A stretch of 64,000 nucleotides of DNA from Bacteroidales bacterium (GCA_035353855.1 DAOQAK010000002.1:10967-74966); one strand, 5' to 3'. Shown: positions 1-11,220, numbered from the stretch's first letter. The notes: generated by a model not told the origin, from the letters alone. Made by a program: numbers and translations.

Positions 1-2
1 AA

Positions 3-1109
3 AAAGATAAAAAATCTACTGAAAAAAATTTCCCTTTCAATTTAGAGGATTCTTATAGTATTACTGAGGGAAAAGTTGTTAGTTGGATTGAAAATAATTT
101 CTATCATACAGTACTTGCTGCAGATGTGGCTTTATTGAATAAAATGCTTATCGATGTAAAGACTGTTGAAGGTGATATTATAGCTAAACTATATGCTAAT
201 GTTGATGCTGCTTCTTTTAAATTTGATAAAATTGTAGCCAAAGTAGTGGCTCCTTCAAGTTATATTATGAGTGGCAGCGAATACAAAGCGAATATTTTCC
301 TTGCAGCTTATGATAGTAAGAAATCACCAGATATATATATTGGTGACACAAATACACACGTAGGCGAACTTCTTGATAAAACAAAATTTGAAGATGGTAT
401 GGGTGTATATACTACTTCTGGTGCTGGTGTAGGCGAGAAAAAATATACAGGTTGGATAAGCATTACAAAACCAGGTGAAACTACTCCTACTCTTTATAAT
501 TTCAGCAGTTCTTATTTTGTTGGTACACCTTCTGCAACTGTTTCTGCTACAAAAATGAATGTTTTTTACATCGGTGTAGCAAATCCTGTTTCAATTTCTG
601 TACCTGGCGTACCTAGTGATCAAGTTCAACCTACAATTTCTAGTGGAACTCTTAAGTCTTTAGGTGGAGGTAAATATGAAGTTTTTGTAACTACTGGAAA
701 TACAAAAACTACTATTAATGTGATGGCAAAAATGGGTGGTAAAGTCACTTCAATGGGTTCTGCAGAATTTCGTGTTAAGCGAGTTCCAAACCCTGAAGCA
801 TATATTGCAAATGTAAATGGTGGACTGGTTTCAAAATCTTTATTAGCGGCTTCTGGCGCAATTATTCCTAAAATGCCTGAAGGTTTTGATTTTGATTTAA
901 ATTTTATAATCACTTCATTCACATTAACCGTTACTACTGCTGGTGACCTAATTGAAAAGTATGGAGTAGGTAATAAATTAACTGCTGATATGATTGCTGC
1001 TATTAATAAAGCTAAGGCAGGTACAAAAGTATATATTGAAGATATTAAAGCAAAAGGACCTGATGGTACTACGCGTTCCTTAGCCTCGATCAACCTAAAG
1101 CTTAAATAA
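3..1109 (+). CDS. gldM: T9SS/gliding motor protein GldM/PorM (5'-partial; frame is open back to the window start)
   Basis: Frame open from nt 3; SWIENNFYHTVLAA, YFVGTPSATVSATKMNVFYIGVANPVSISVPG and FRVKRVPNP motifs typical of GldM; directly upstream of gldN. Confidence 0.9.
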   Translation, partial: KDKKSTEKNFPFNLEDSYSITEGKVVSWIENNFYHTVLAADVALLNKMLIDVKTVEGDIIAKLYANVDAASFKFDKIVAKVVAPSSYIMSGSEYKANIFLAAYDSKKSPDIYIGDTNTHVGELLDKTKFEDGMGVYTTSGAGVGEKKYTGWISITKPGETTPTLYNFSSSYFVGTPSATVSATKMNVFYIGVANPVSISVPGVPSDQVQPTISSGTLKSLGGGKYEVFVTTGNTKTTINVMAKMGGKVTSMGSAEFRVKRVPNPEAYIANVNGGLVSKSLLAASGAIIPKMPEGFDFDLNFIITSFTLTVTTAGDLIEKYGVGNKLTADMIAAINKAKAGTKVYIEDIKAKGPDGTTRSLASINLKLK

Positions 1110-1134
1110 CCAAAATATTTATAATGGAGGTATT

Positions 1135-1989
1135 ATGTTAAAAATAAAAATTCTGATATTTACATTGTTGGGTGTAATACTTAATTTACCAAGTATTAAG
1201 GCACAAGTTATGGATAGTCCGCCACTTGATGGGGTGTATGAAAAAATTCATAATTTAAATCGTGTACCTATACCATATGCCCCTTTACGTGAAGCTGATG
1301 CATTGTGGACAAAACGCATATGGAGAGTTATCGATATGCGTGAAAAAATAAATCATCCATTTTATTATCCTATTGATGAACAAAATGGAAGAAAAAGTTT
1401 TATGCAGGTTGTTCTTTCTGCGATTCAGGAGGGTTCAATAACAGCATATGATATAGGTAATGATGAATTTTTAATACCATTTACTTATGAACAGATTATG
1501 AAAAATCTGAACTCTACTGATTCTGTAACACAACAAAGGGATTATCCTCCTTATGATTATTATGATACAGTTATTGTTCAAAAATTTGAACCTTCTACAG
1601 TAAAAAAAATAAGAATTAAAGAAGATTGGTTTTTTGATAAACAACGTTCGGTTATGGACGTAAGAATACTTGGTATTTGCCCAATATTAGACGATATTGA
1701 TCCTGTTACTGGCGAATCAAGAGGTTCAAAACCTTTATTTTGGATATATTTTCCTGATGCCAGAAAAATATTTGCAAATGCAGAAGTATTCAATCGATTT
1801 AATGATGCGGCAAGACTTACCTATGATGATCTTTTCTTTAAAAGAATGTTTAATAGTTATATTTATAAGGAAACTAATGTCTATGATCGTAAAATAATAG
1901 AATATGCAACAGGGATGGATGCACTACTTGAATCAGAAAGAATAAAAAATGATATTTTCCTTTGGGAACATGATCTTTGGGAATATTAA
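1135..1989 (+). CDS. gldN: T9SS/gliding protein GldN/PorN
   Basis: Signal peptide; LREADALWTKRIWRVIDMREKINHPFYYP, KEDWFFDKQRSVMDVRILGICP, ERIKNDIFLWEHDLWEY. Confidence 0.92.
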   Translation: MLKIKILIFTLLGVILNLPSIKAQVMDSPPLDGVYEKIHNLNRVPIPYAPLREADALWTKRIWRVIDMREKINHPFYYPIDEQNGRKSFMQVVLSAIQEGSITAYDIGNDEFLIPFTYEQIMKNLNSTDSVTQQRDYPPYDYYDTVIVQKFEPSTVKKIRIKEDWFFDKQRSVMDVRILGICPILDDIDPVTGESRGSKPLFWIYFPDARKIFANAEVFNRFNDAARLTYDDLFFKRMFNSYIYKETNVYDRKIIEYATGMDALLESERIKNDIFLWEHDLWEY

Positions 1990-2003
1990 TATTAATTCCT
2001 TTC

Positions 2004-2035
2004 AAACTCCTCATAGAAATATGGGGAGTTTTTTT
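2004..2035 (+). terminator. Intrinsic terminator after gldMN
   Basis: AAACTCCTCAT-agaaat-ATGGGGAGTTT stem followed by a T run. Confidence 0.75.
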
Positions 2036-2110
2036 ATGTAAAAAATTAAATGAAATACTTGCTTTACTCTTCATTAATATTTACTTTTATTACAATTAAA
2101 TGTAATCCTT

Positions 2111-2626
2111 ATGAAACCCACATTTATTAAAATTATTTTTATAATAGTATTGGTACTAAAATTAAATACTGTTAATGCACAATATGGAACTGGGCTAGGA
2201 GTTCGTTATGGGACAGATTCAAATATTGGGTTAACGGTACTTCAATTTTTAGGTGATAGAAACCAGGGAGCCATAAATGTCATAATTTCTGCACCATACA
2301 ATGGTGTAAGAGCGAGCGGATGTTTTGAATTACATATAAGTAATCATAATGAAAATATAGAAGTAGCACATGTAGGCTTTTTTATAGGCGCTGGTGGACA
2401 TACAGGGAGATACAAAACAATTGGATGGATGAAAGATGGATCGTCGCCTATTAATAAAGAAAATGTTATTACAGTTGGAGTTGATGGGATTGCAGGTATT
2501 GAATGGAAACTTCCTGAAGTACCACTGTTACTTAGCCTTGATGTTCATCCTTTTATTGATTTAAATTATCAGAAACAACAACCGGAAATTTTTGAATTGG
2601 GATTATCTTTAAGATATTTATTATAA
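2111..2626 (+). CDS. Small outer-membrane beta-barrel protein, function unknown
   Basis: Signal peptide; GLGVRYG, GVDGIAGIEWKLPEVPLLLSLDVHPFI, C-terminal GLSLRYLL strand pattern. Confidence 0.65.
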   Translation: MKPTFIKIIFIIVLVLKLNTVNAQYGTGLGVRYGTDSNIGLTVLQFLGDRNQGAINVIISAPYNGVRASGCFELHISNHNENIEVAHVGFFIGAGGHTGRYKTIGWMKDGSSPINKENVITVGVDGIAGIEWKLPEVPLLLSLDVHPFIDLNYQKQQPEIFELGLSLRYLL

Positions 2627-2650
2627 AAAATTTTTTTATTGAAAAAATAA

Positions 2651-2685
2651 AAGCCGCCTCAGTATTTTGAGACGGCTTCTTTTTT
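2651..2685 (+). terminator. Intrinsic terminator
   Basis: AAGCCGCCTCA-gtattt-TGAGACGGCTT then a T run. Confidence 0.7.
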
Positions 2686-2708
2686 ACTTTTGTGAAAGCA
2701 AATTTATT

Positions 2709-4811
2709 ATGCATATTACCGAAACACCCATAGAATATTTAAAAGGCGTAGGTCCGCAAAGAGCAGAAATACTGAAAAAGGAATTGGGTATTTTTAGTTT
2801 TAATGATCTTATCGATTACTATCCTTTCAGATATATTGATAAAAGCCGCTTTTATAAAGTTAGCGAAATAAGCAGCGACATGCCCTATGTGCAATTGAAG
2901 GGATTCATTGATAAAATAAATTTTATAAGTGGCGGAAAAAAAATTATCCGCATGACTGCACGCTTCAGAGATGAGACGGGTGCGATAGAACTCGTGTGGT
3001 TTAATGGTTTCAAATGGCTTAAAGATAATTTCAAACCAAATATCGAATATATAGTTTTCGGAAAACCTACATTATTTAGCGGGAAATATAACATTGCGCA
3101 TCCTGATGTTGAATTACCTTCCGAACAGGAAGCCCTTATCAATTCAAGCCTTCAGGCTTTTTATAATTCTTCGGAAAAGCTTAAATCTAGAGGGCTCGAT
3201 AGTAAAGGCATCAGTAAATTAATGAAAGCATTATTGCCTCAAATAAAAGGCTATATTCCCGAAACTCTTTCACAAAAGCTGATAGAAGGATTGAAACTTA
3301 TTTCACGTGAAGAAGCGTTGAAACAAATTCATTTTCCGGAGAGCCAGGAAATGCTTCAAAAAGCACAGCTTCGACTGAAATTTGAAGAACTATTTTTTGT
3401 TCAGTTACGATTGTTAAAACTAAAACTTCTTCGTTCCGAAAAATTTTCGGGTAATAAATTTTCCACAGTTGGCAATCATTTCAACGATTTTTATAAAAAT
3501 TATCTTCCTTTTCAACTTACAAATTCACAGAAAAAAGTTATAAAAGAAATCAGGAATGATATTGGTTCAGGTAAACAAATGAATCGCTTGTTGCAGGGCG
3601 ATGTTGGAAGCGGAAAAACAATAGTGTCATTGTTATGTATGCTAATAGCTCTTGATAATGGTTTTCAGGCATGTATTATGGCTCCGACAGAAATATTAGC
3701 CATGCAACATTTTGTAAGCATTACAAAACTACTTAAAGAAACAAATATAAATGTTCAACTTTTAACCGGTAGCACAAAGAAGCCTCAACGAAAGAAAATA
3801 TTGAGTGAACTGGAAAATGGAGATTTGAAAATTCTTATTGGGACTCATGCATTGCTTGAGGAAAATGTAAAGTTTTTAAATCTTGGTTTTGTAGTAATTG
3901 ATGAACAACATCGATTTGGCGTTGCACAAAGGGCAAAGATGTGGCAAAAAAATAATATACCTCCGCATGTGTTAGTAATGACTGCAACTCCCATCCCGCG
4001 TACTTTGGCAATGACGCTTTATGGCGACCTGGATGTTTCTGTAATCAATGAATTGCCTCCCGGGCGAAAACCTGTGAAAACAGTGCATTTTACGGAAGCC
4101 GACCGTTTGCGTGTTTTTGGTTTTATGCGAAAGCAGATTCATGAAGGGCATCAGATTTATGTTGTGTACCCATTGATATTTGAATCGGAATCGCTTGATT
4201 TGAAACATTTGATGGAAGGATATGATAGCATTGTTCGTGAGTTTCCTTTGCCGCATTATGCAATTAGTATTGTTCATGGCCAGATGAAAACTGCCGATAA
4301 AGATTTCGAGATGCAACGTTTTGTAAAAGGTGAAACAAATATAATGGTAGCTACTACAGTGATTGAAGTGGGTGTTGATATTCCGAATGCATCAGTTATG
4401 GTGATTGAAAATGCAGAACGTTTTGGTTTATCACAATTACATCAGTTGCGTGGGCGTGTTGGAAGAGGTGCAGATCAATCATACTGTATTTTAATGACCG
4501 GGAATAAACTTACGTCTGATGGAAAAAAACGTATTGAAACAATGGTCAGAACTACTGATGGTTTTGAAATTGCCGAAGCTGATTTACGACTTCGCGGTCC
4601 CGGCGATATTACAGGAACACAACAAAGCGGTATACTCGATTTTAAAATTGCCGATATCATTAAAGATGAAAAATTGCTCCACTATGCCCGAAAAACAGCT
4701 ATTGAAATTCTTGAAAAAGATCCTACATTATCAGGAATTGAAAATATTCCTATCATACGTAGGCTTTCAGAACTTAATAAAGAAAATGTTAACTGGAGCA
4801 GGATAAGTTGA
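2709..4811 (+). CDS. recG: ATP-dependent DNA helicase RecG
   Basis: QGDVGSGKT, DEQHRFG, MTATPIPRTL, QLHQLRGRVGRG, DLRLRGPG; ATG at 2709 preferred over TTG 2667 (TACTTTTG promoter box at 2685-2692). Confidence 0.96.
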   Translation: MHITETPIEYLKGVGPQRAEILKKELGIFSFNDLIDYYPFRYIDKSRFYKVSEISSDMPYVQLKGFIDKINFISGGKKIIRMTARFRDETGAIELVWFNGFKWLKDNFKPNIEYIVFGKPTLFSGKYNIAHPDVELPSEQEALINSSLQAFYNSSEKLKSRGLDSKGISKLMKALLPQIKGYIPETLSQKLIEGLKLISREEALKQIHFPESQEMLQKAQLRLKFEELFFVQLRLLKLKLLRSEKFSGNKFSTVGNHFNDFYKNYLPFQLTNSQKKVIKEIRNDIGSGKQMNRLLQGDVGSGKTIVSLLCMLIALDNGFQACIMAPTEILAMQHFVSITKLLKETNINVQLLTGSTKKPQRKKILSELENGDLKILIGTHALLEENVKFLNLGFVVIDEQHRFGVAQRAKMWQKNNIPPHVLVMTATPIPRTLAMTLYGDLDVSVINELPPGRKPVKTVHFTEADRLRVFGFMRKQIHEGHQIYVVYPLIFESESLDLKHLMEGYDSIVREFPLPHYAISIVHGQMKTADKDFEMQRFVKGETNIMVATTVIEVGVDIPNASVMVIENAERFGLSQLHQLRGRVGRGADQSYCILMTGNKLTSDGKKRIETMVRTTDGFEIAEADLRLRGPGDITGTQQSGILDFKIADIIKDEKLLHYARKTAIEILEKDPTLSGIENIPIIRRLSELNKENVNWSRIS

Positions 4812-4902
4812 TTGTTTAATACCAATTCAGAATTTAACCATCAAAACATTTTAAAGTGTGAATTTTAATCAAATTGAGTAATTTTACACAAAATTATTTC
4901 AA

Positions 4903-7353
4903 ATGAAAATTTCATACAATTGGCTTAAGCAATATTTGAATTTTGATGCAAATCCACAAGATCTTTCGGAAGTACTTACCGGATGCGGGTTAGAAGTGGA
5001 AGCACTTGAAGAATATTCCAGTATAAAAGGTGGATTAAAGGGATGTTTTATAGGAGAAGTAAAAACTAAAGAAAAACATCCTGATGCGGATAAGCTCAGT
5101 ATTACAACTGTTGATATTGGTCGTGCCGAATTATTACATATTGTTTGTGGCGCACCTAATGTTGAAGCCGGACAGAAGGTAGTTGTGGCAACCATTGGTA
5201 CAACATTATATACAGCAAAAGGAGAATTAGAACTTAAGAAAGCAAAAATTCGCGGACAGGTTTCGGAAGGTATGATTTGCGCTGAAGACGAACTGGGCAT
5301 TGGTGATTCTCATGCAGGAATTATGGTTCTTGATGCAAATGTAAAAATTGGAATTCCGGCTGCTGAATATTTTAATATTGAAAATGATTGGGTTTTTGAA
5401 ATTGGATTAACTCCAAATCGTGCTGATGCCACTTCGCATATTGGTGTTGCCCGTGATATTGCTGCTGTTCTAAATGTTTATAATAAAAAGAAGTATTCAT
5501 ATATTTTTCCTGATATAAGTAATTTTAAAATTGATAATAACAATCTGAAAATTGATGTGATTGTTGATGATACTATTGCTTGTCCACGTTATGCCGGAAT
5601 AACAGTATCTGATATTAGAGTAACCGAATCGCCGGAATGGCTTAAAAACAGGCTTAAAGCTGTTGGTCTTCGTCCGATAAATAATATTGTAGATATTACA
5701 AATTTCGTTTTGTTAGAAACAGGTCAACCGCTTCATGCGTTCGATGCAGAGCAGATTTCAGGGCAGAAAGTTATTGTGAAAAAAATGAATGAGGGAACAA
5801 AATTCATCACGCTTGATGAAGTAGAACGTACATTAACCTCACGTGATCTGATGATTTGTAACGAAAATGAAGGAATGTGTATAGCCGGTGTTTTCGGGGG
5901 AATGAAATCAGGAGTGAGCGAAAAAACAAGAAGTGTTTTTATTGAAAGCGCTTACTTTGATCCGGTTCATGTTCGTAAAACCTCAAAATATCACGGATTA
6001 AAAACAGATGCATCATTTCGTTTCGAAAGAGGTGTTGACCCAAACATGGTTATCGTTGCTTTGAAACGTGCGGCATTACTAATGAAAGAAATTGCCGGCG
6101 GAAAAATTTCTTCGGAAATTGTTGACATTTATCCTATACCGATAGAAGATTTTAAAGTCAATATTAAATTTGCTAATGTTGACAAGCTTATTGGGAAGAA
6201 AATTGAAAAGGATATAATTAAAAATATACTTACATCTCTTGATATTAAAATAGTTTCAGAAAATAATGAAAGCCTCGAATTATCAGTGCCTCCATTCAAG
6301 GTTGATGTACAACGTGAAGCGGATGTGATTGAAGAGATACTTCGTATTTATGGTTATAACAACATAGAAGTGCCTGAAACATTTCGTATTTCTTCATCAA
6401 AAGCACCCGATCCTGATAAAGAAAAACTTCAAAGTAAAATATCGGATTACCTTTGCAGTAATGGCTTTTATGAGATCATGAATAATTCATTAACGAATGA
6501 AAAATATATTAATGGTTTAAACTCGTTAAAGCCCGAAAACAATGTGATAATATTAAATGCATTAAGCACTGAGCTTGGGATCATGCGCCAGTCAATGCTT
6601 TTCGGGGGACTGGAATCGGTTTCATATAATCATAACAGGAAGAATTTTAACCTGAAATTTTTTGAATTCGGAAGAACATATAAATATTTGCCGGGAGAAA
6701 ATGATTTAAAATGTTATGTTGAAAATGAACAACTGGCAATAATCCTCACAGGTAATATAGAAGCAGAGAACTGGAATACCGGTAAAGGAAAGGCTGTTGA
6801 TTTTTATTACCTGAAAGCTTTTGTAAATAATATTTTTGCAAATATCGGAATCAATAATCGTGAATTTTCAGTAAGAGAAATCTCAAATGATTTGATTGCA
6901 GAGGGTTTTGAGTATTCGTATAATAAAACGGTAGTTGCCGGATTTGGCAAAATAGAAAAAAATATTTTGAAAAAATTCGATATCAAGCAAGATGTTTATT
7001 ATGCAGAAATTGAATGGGCACAGTTTATTTTATTAAGTTCCAGAAACAAAGTTAAATATTCAGATGTATCTAAATTTCCTGAAGTAAGAAGGGATCTTGC
7101 ATTGGTAATTGATAATTCGGTGAAGTTTTCACAAATAGAAGAGCTGGCATACAAAACAGTACCAGCACTGTTAAAGGAAGTAAATCTTTTTGATATTTAT
7201 AAAGATGAAAAAATAGGCAGCAATAAAAAATCATATGCGGTAAGTTTTATAATTCAGGACAAAGAGAAAACCCTTACCGATACTGAGACAGATTCAATTA
7301 TGAATAAACTCATTGCTGTATTTTCTGATGAATTAAATGCTAATCTCAGGTAA
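4903..7353 (+). CDS. pheT: Phenylalanine--tRNA ligase beta subunit
   Basis: MKISYNWLKQY, IVCGAPNV, GLTPNRAD, RFERGVDP, FPEVRRDLAL anticodon-binding domain. Confidence 0.97.
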   Translation: MKISYNWLKQYLNFDANPQDLSEVLTGCGLEVEALEEYSSIKGGLKGCFIGEVKTKEKHPDADKLSITTVDIGRAELLHIVCGAPNVEAGQKVVVATIGTTLYTAKGELELKKAKIRGQVSEGMICAEDELGIGDSHAGIMVLDANVKIGIPAAEYFNIENDWVFEIGLTPNRADATSHIGVARDIAAVLNVYNKKKYSYIFPDISNFKIDNNNLKIDVIVDDTIACPRYAGITVSDIRVTESPEWLKNRLKAVGLRPINNIVDITNFVLLETGQPLHAFDAEQISGQKVIVKKMNEGTKFITLDEVERTLTSRDLMICNENEGMCIAGVFGGMKSGVSEKTRSVFIESAYFDPVHVRKTSKYHGLKTDASFRFERGVDPNMVIVALKRAALLMKEIAGGKISSEIVDIYPIPIEDFKVNIKFANVDKLIGKKIEKDIIKNILTSLDIKIVSENNESLELSVPPFKVDVQREADVIEEILRIYGYNNIEVPETFRISSSKAPDPDKEKLQSKISDYLCSNGFYEIMNNSLTNEKYINGLNSLKPENNVIILNALSTELGIMRQSMLFGGLESVSYNHNRKNFNLKFFEFGRTYKYLPGENDLKCYVENEQLAIILTGNIEAENWNTGKGKAVDFYYLKAFVNNIFANIGINNREFSVREISNDLIAEGFEYSYNKTVVAGFGKIEKNILKKFDIKQDVYYAEIEWAQFILLSSRNKVKYSDVSKFPEVRRDLALVIDNSVKFSQIEELAYKTVPALLKEVNLFDIYKDEKIGSNKKSYAVSFIIQDKEKTLTDTETDSIMNKLIAVFSDELNANLR

Positions 7354-7358
7354 TAGAA

Positions 7359-8123
7359 ATGATGATGAATGTTCTGTATAGCCAGGTTTTTCAGTACATT
7401 GCATGGATACTTATTGCTGTAGTTGTTATAATAATGATTCGTTATTTCTGGCTTTCTATTTATGAAAAATCATATTATCCTGAACAGTGGTCATACTTTT
7501 TGAAAAAAAATAAAGTTCCCGAAACTCTTGTTCAGCTTGAGAAAGCGTATGATGACAAGATACGGTTTTATAATTTCTGGTTCCAGGTTGAACGGTTAAA
7601 AAATGAAAACATAAAAGGTTCATTTGCGGAATTAGGAGTTTACAAAGGTGAAACAGCGAAGATCATTCATGAAATGGATAAGTCGCGAAAACTGTTTCTT
7701 TTCGATACTTTTGAAGGATTTAAAAAAGAAGATTTGAAAAATGAAACGGGTGAGGCAGCAACATATTCCACAAAAAATTTTGCTGATACTCATGAAAAAA
7801 AAGTTCTGGAATATATAAACGGCGACAGCCATATTATCATTAAAAAAGGTCATTTTCCTGGTACTACAGAGGGGTTGGAAAAAGAGGTTTATGCTTTTGT
7901 AAATATTGATGCCGATCTATATAATTCAATAAAAGAAGGCTGCAATTATTTTTATCCTCGTTTATCTCCCGGTGGAGTTATGATCATTCATGATTATAAT
8001 CACAAGTGGGAAGGTGCTATGAAAGCAGTAAATGAATTTGTAAAAAATATCCCTGAGAACTTAATTGAAATTGCCGATATGCATGGCTCGGTGATGATAA
8101 TTAAAAATAAAAAATTAGCTTAA
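7359..8123 (+). CDS. TylF/MycF/NovP-family O-methyltransferase
   Basis: AELGVYKG, FDTFEGF, FVNIDADLY, LSPGGVMIIHDY. Confidence 0.85.
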   Translation: MMMNVLYSQVFQYIAWILIAVVVIIMIRYFWLSIYEKSYYPEQWSYFLKKNKVPETLVQLEKAYDDKIRFYNFWFQVERLKNENIKGSFAELGVYKGETAKIIHEMDKSRKLFLFDTFEGFKKEDLKNETGEAATYSTKNFADTHEKKVLEYINGDSHIIIKKGHFPGTTEGLEKEVYAFVNIDADLYNSIKEGCNYFYPRLSPGGVMIIHDYNHKWEGAMKAVNEFVKNIPENLIEIADMHGSVMIIKNKKLA

Positions 8124-8729
8124 GGATTTCTGAAACCTTAGTAAATACAAGCTATTAATAACAAACCATTTTTGTTTTTCCTTGTATTTATTTTTTAGCT
8201 GCAACATTCTTATCTGTGCAGTAATTATATTTCCAAAAATATAATTTTCAAAAGGTCGTAAATTGAATTTTTTTAAAACGATATTACATTTAACAGAAAT
8301 ACTGTCGGGCGAAATATTCTGTAAAATATTTTCAGTATAAGGAGTAATGTAATTTAAATCACTTTCGGTGATCACTTCTAATTTTATTTTAGCAATGCCC
8401 GACGCAATCATATCAATTTTTTTGGCTGCTGCCTGCGAAAGATCGATAATGCGGTTGCTGTATTTCGGACAGCGGTCATTAATTTTTACAATCACATATT
8501 TATTATTGTAAAGATTGGTGATTTTTACCAGTGTTTGAAGAGGCAAAGTAGCATGGGCTGCTGTGTATTTTTTATTATCAAAGATTTCACCACTTGAAGT
8601 TTTGTGTCCCTGGAAAGCGTGATGATAATATGTAGCATGCCCCGTTTGCTCTATTTTTTGGGCATTCGCAATAAAACAAAATAAAATAAAAATGAAAATA
8701 AATAACGCTTTTCTCTTATTCAGAGTCAT
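8115..8729 (-). CDS. rlpA: Septal ring lytic transglycosylase RlpA family (DPBB domain, no SPOR domain)
   Basis: GHATYY, TAAHATLP, VKINDRCP, RIIDLSQAAA. Confidence 0.85.
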   Translation of the reverse strand: MTLNKRKALFIFIFILFCFIANAQKIEQTGHATYYHHAFQGHKTSSGEIFDNKKYTAAHATLPLQTLVKITNLYNNKYVIVKINDRCPKYSNRIIDLSQAAAKKIDMIASGIAKIKLEVITESDLNYITPYTENILQNISPDSISVKCNIVLKKFNLRPFENYIFGNIITAQIRMLQLKNKYKEKQKWFVINSLYLLRFQKSLS

Positions 8730-8862
8730 CGTTTATGATTTGGTTAAACTTAAATTATTTTTACTTTTATATTAGAAACAAAATATCTTAAAAACTTTTA
8801 AATACTTATGTGGCTTGAAGCCGGTAATTATATTAATCAGACAAATAATAACATCAGGGCTG

Positions 8863-8870
8863 CAAATATA
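8863..8870 (-). promoter_or_regulatory. Bacteroidota -7 promoter box (TAnnTTTG) for rlpA
   Basis: TATATTTG on the minus strand in the divergent intergenic region. Confidence 0.5.
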
Positions 8871-8964
8871 TAAAATATATTTAATATGTTAAAATTCAGA
8901 TGATACAGTAAATAAAATAAACTTTTCTGTATTTTTTTTAACTTTACAATCTAATCAACAATTA

Positions 8965-10650
8965 ATGTTTATGAATTATATCCTGGATATATTGTCACTT
9001 ATTGGAATAGTTGGATTATTCCTTTTCAGCATGAAACTGATGAGTGAGAGCTTGCAAAAAATTGCAGGTAATGGGATGAGGAATATTATCAAATATATTG
9101 CTTCATCACGTTTTAAAGCTGTAATGTCAGGAATAATACTTACCGCATTAATACAGGCTTCAGCAGTTGTAACAGTAATGACCGTAAGTTTTGTTAATGC
9201 AGGCATGTTGTCACTTACTGAATCGATAGGGATTATAATGGGTGCTAACATTGGGACAACAATAAAAGGATGGCTTATTTCAATGGTTGGATTAAATACA
9301 GATATGGGTGTAATTGCTTTACCGATTTTAGGATTAACTTTTCCATTTCTTTTTTCAAAGAGCAACACAAAAAGAAACTGGAGTGGATTTGCAGTAGGAT
9401 TGGCGCTGCTTTTCATAAGTCTCGATTTTTTGAAAATGTTTTTCGTGGGCATGAAAGAAAACACAGCGATTTTTGAATTTTTATCAGGGCTGACAAGTTA
9501 TGGCACTGGTTCAATATTAATTTTTGTTTTTGTGGGGCTTATTATTTCTGCTCTTGTACAATCGTCGAGTGCTGCTTTTGCAGTAACCATAGTGTTATGT
9601 AGCGAAGGTTGGATACCTTTTGAATTGGGCGCTGCAATGATTTTAGGTGAAAACATCGGAACAACAATTACGGCTAATATTGCAGCAATAGTAGCCAATG
9701 CAAAAGCAAAACGAGCAGCATTATCGCATACTTTGTTTAATGTTATTGGTGTGATATGGGCTGTTATTATTTTTCATTGGCTATTAAAAGGCATAGAATG
9801 GGCAACAATAGAAATACAGGGAACATCGCCTTACGAAAACAATAATGCCATTCCTGTTGCATTTACTGTTCTTCATTCGGCGTTCAATATAATTAATACA
9901 ATTCTATTGGTAGGATTCATTCCCGGGCTTGTTAAGCTTACTGAATGGATTATTCCTGTGAGAAAAACAGAGGATGAAACTACAAAATTGAAATACATCC
10001 AATCACAATTTTCTTCTTCTGAAATGCAATTCATGGAAGCCAAAAAAGAAATTGCATCTTTTGCCCGTCGTGGGAAAAAGCTTTTCGCGCTTCTTCCATC
10101 ACTAATTCTTGAAAAAGATGAAAAAGAATATGAAAAGATTTTTCAAAAAATAAAAGAACAGGAAGATATGATGGATAAAATGGAAGATGAGATAAATGAT
10201 TATTTGAATATTATTTATTCGGGAGAATTGAGTGAGAAAGGATTGAAAAAAGTTAAATCAATGCAGCGTATAGCTAAAGAGTTGGAGAGTATTGGCGATA
10301 CGGTTTATCATATGGCTAAAAGTATAAATCGGAAAAACAAGGAAAAAGTTTGGTTCAATCAATACCAGCGCGATAATATTAAAAATATGTATGACCTTTT
10401 ATTTAAGGCTTGCGATGTGATGATTGAAAATCTTGATAGTGATTACGACAGTGTTGCTATTGACAAAGCGCAAATGCTCGAACTTCAAATCAATAAGTTG
10501 CGTAAAGATTTATTGAAAGAAAATTTTGAAAAAATTGATGAAGAATATAATACTAAAAGTACAGTAGTATACTTTGATCTGATAGGTTCTTCCGAAAAAA
10601 TGGCAGACCATATTTTTAATATAAACCAGGCTATTGCAGGGTTGAAATAA
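8965..10650 (+). CDS. Na+/Pi cotransporter with C-terminal PhoU-like domains
   Basis: Two repeats QASAVVT...GANIGTT and QSSSAA...GENIGTT; helical C-terminus with ELESIGD. Confidence 0.9.
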   Translation: MFMNYILDILSLIGIVGLFLFSMKLMSESLQKIAGNGMRNIIKYIASSRFKAVMSGIILTALIQASAVVTVMTVSFVNAGMLSLTESIGIIMGANIGTTIKGWLISMVGLNTDMGVIALPILGLTFPFLFSKSNTKRNWSGFAVGLALLFISLDFLKMFFVGMKENTAIFEFLSGLTSYGTGSILIFVFVGLIISALVQSSSAAFAVTIVLCSEGWIPFELGAAMILGENIGTTITANIAAIVANAKAKRAALSHTLFNVIGVIWAVIIFHWLLKGIEWATIEIQGTSPYENNNAIPVAFTVLHSAFNIINTILLVGFIPGLVKLTEWIIPVRKTEDETTKLKYIQSQFSSSEMQFMEAKKEIASFARRGKKLFALLPSLILEKDEKEYEKIFQKIKEQEDMMDKMEDEINDYLNIIYSGELSEKGLKKVKSMQRIAKELESIGDTVYHMAKSINRKNKEKVWFNQYQRDNIKNMYDLLFKACDVMIENLDSDYDSVAIDKAQMLELQINKLRKDLLKENFEKIDEEYNTKSTVVYFDLIGSSEKMADHIFNINQAIAGLK

Positions 10651-10653
10651 AAA

Positions 10654-11163
10654 TTATTTCTTTATTATAATATCAGGAGTTCTTATTGTATTACTCAGAT
10701 TGAGCGAACGGTCGGCTATCTGAACATCAAAGCAAATGGTATCGTACGGAGAATTATAATTATTGATATTAAGTTCAATTTCCACATCTCCTTTTATTGA
10801 TTTGTTTACTCCGTGAGGCGTAACTACCGGAATGCGCGAATTATTTGTCATAGGCAATTCAACAGCTACATACGTTCCTTTTTGTTTTTCGTAATACGTG
10901 ATAAAAAGATTATAATACCACTGACTACCGGTATTGTAAGGATATAAAGTGTCGGAAGGTGCCAGACCTATATCGCCATCCCCGTCAGTAAAGGAGAACT
11001 TTAGAATTCCTTTATCATCAAAATTTTGGAGATTGTCAATTTTTAGGAAATTAACATATTCAATGTAAGGAATGATAGGATATTCAACTTTCTCTTTGCA
11101 TGAAAATAAGAGTGCAGATATCGAAAAAATAAGAATAAATAGTATTTTTGATAGCGCTTTCAT
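10654..11163 (-). CDS. Hypothetical lipoprotein
   Basis: MKALSK...LLFSC lipobox; FSFTDGDGDIG motif. Confidence 0.6.
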   Translation of the reverse strand: MKALSKILFILIFSISALLFSCKEKVEYPIIPYIEYVNFLKIDNLQNFDDKGILKFSFTDGDGDIGLAPSDTLYPYNTGSQWYYNLFITYYEKQKGTYVAVELPMTNNSRIPVVTPHGVNKSIKGDVEIELNINNYNSPYDTICFDVQIADRSLNLSNTIRTPDIIIKK

Positions 11164-11220
11164 AATAAATGTATTGTAAAAGTACATATTTTAACGAAAA
11201 AATACAAAGCTTATTATAAA

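Noticed and set aside
7359-8123. TylF methyltransferase as sign of an antibiotic cluster
   Set aside because: It sits directly after pheT with no biosynthetic neighbours; the family is widespread.
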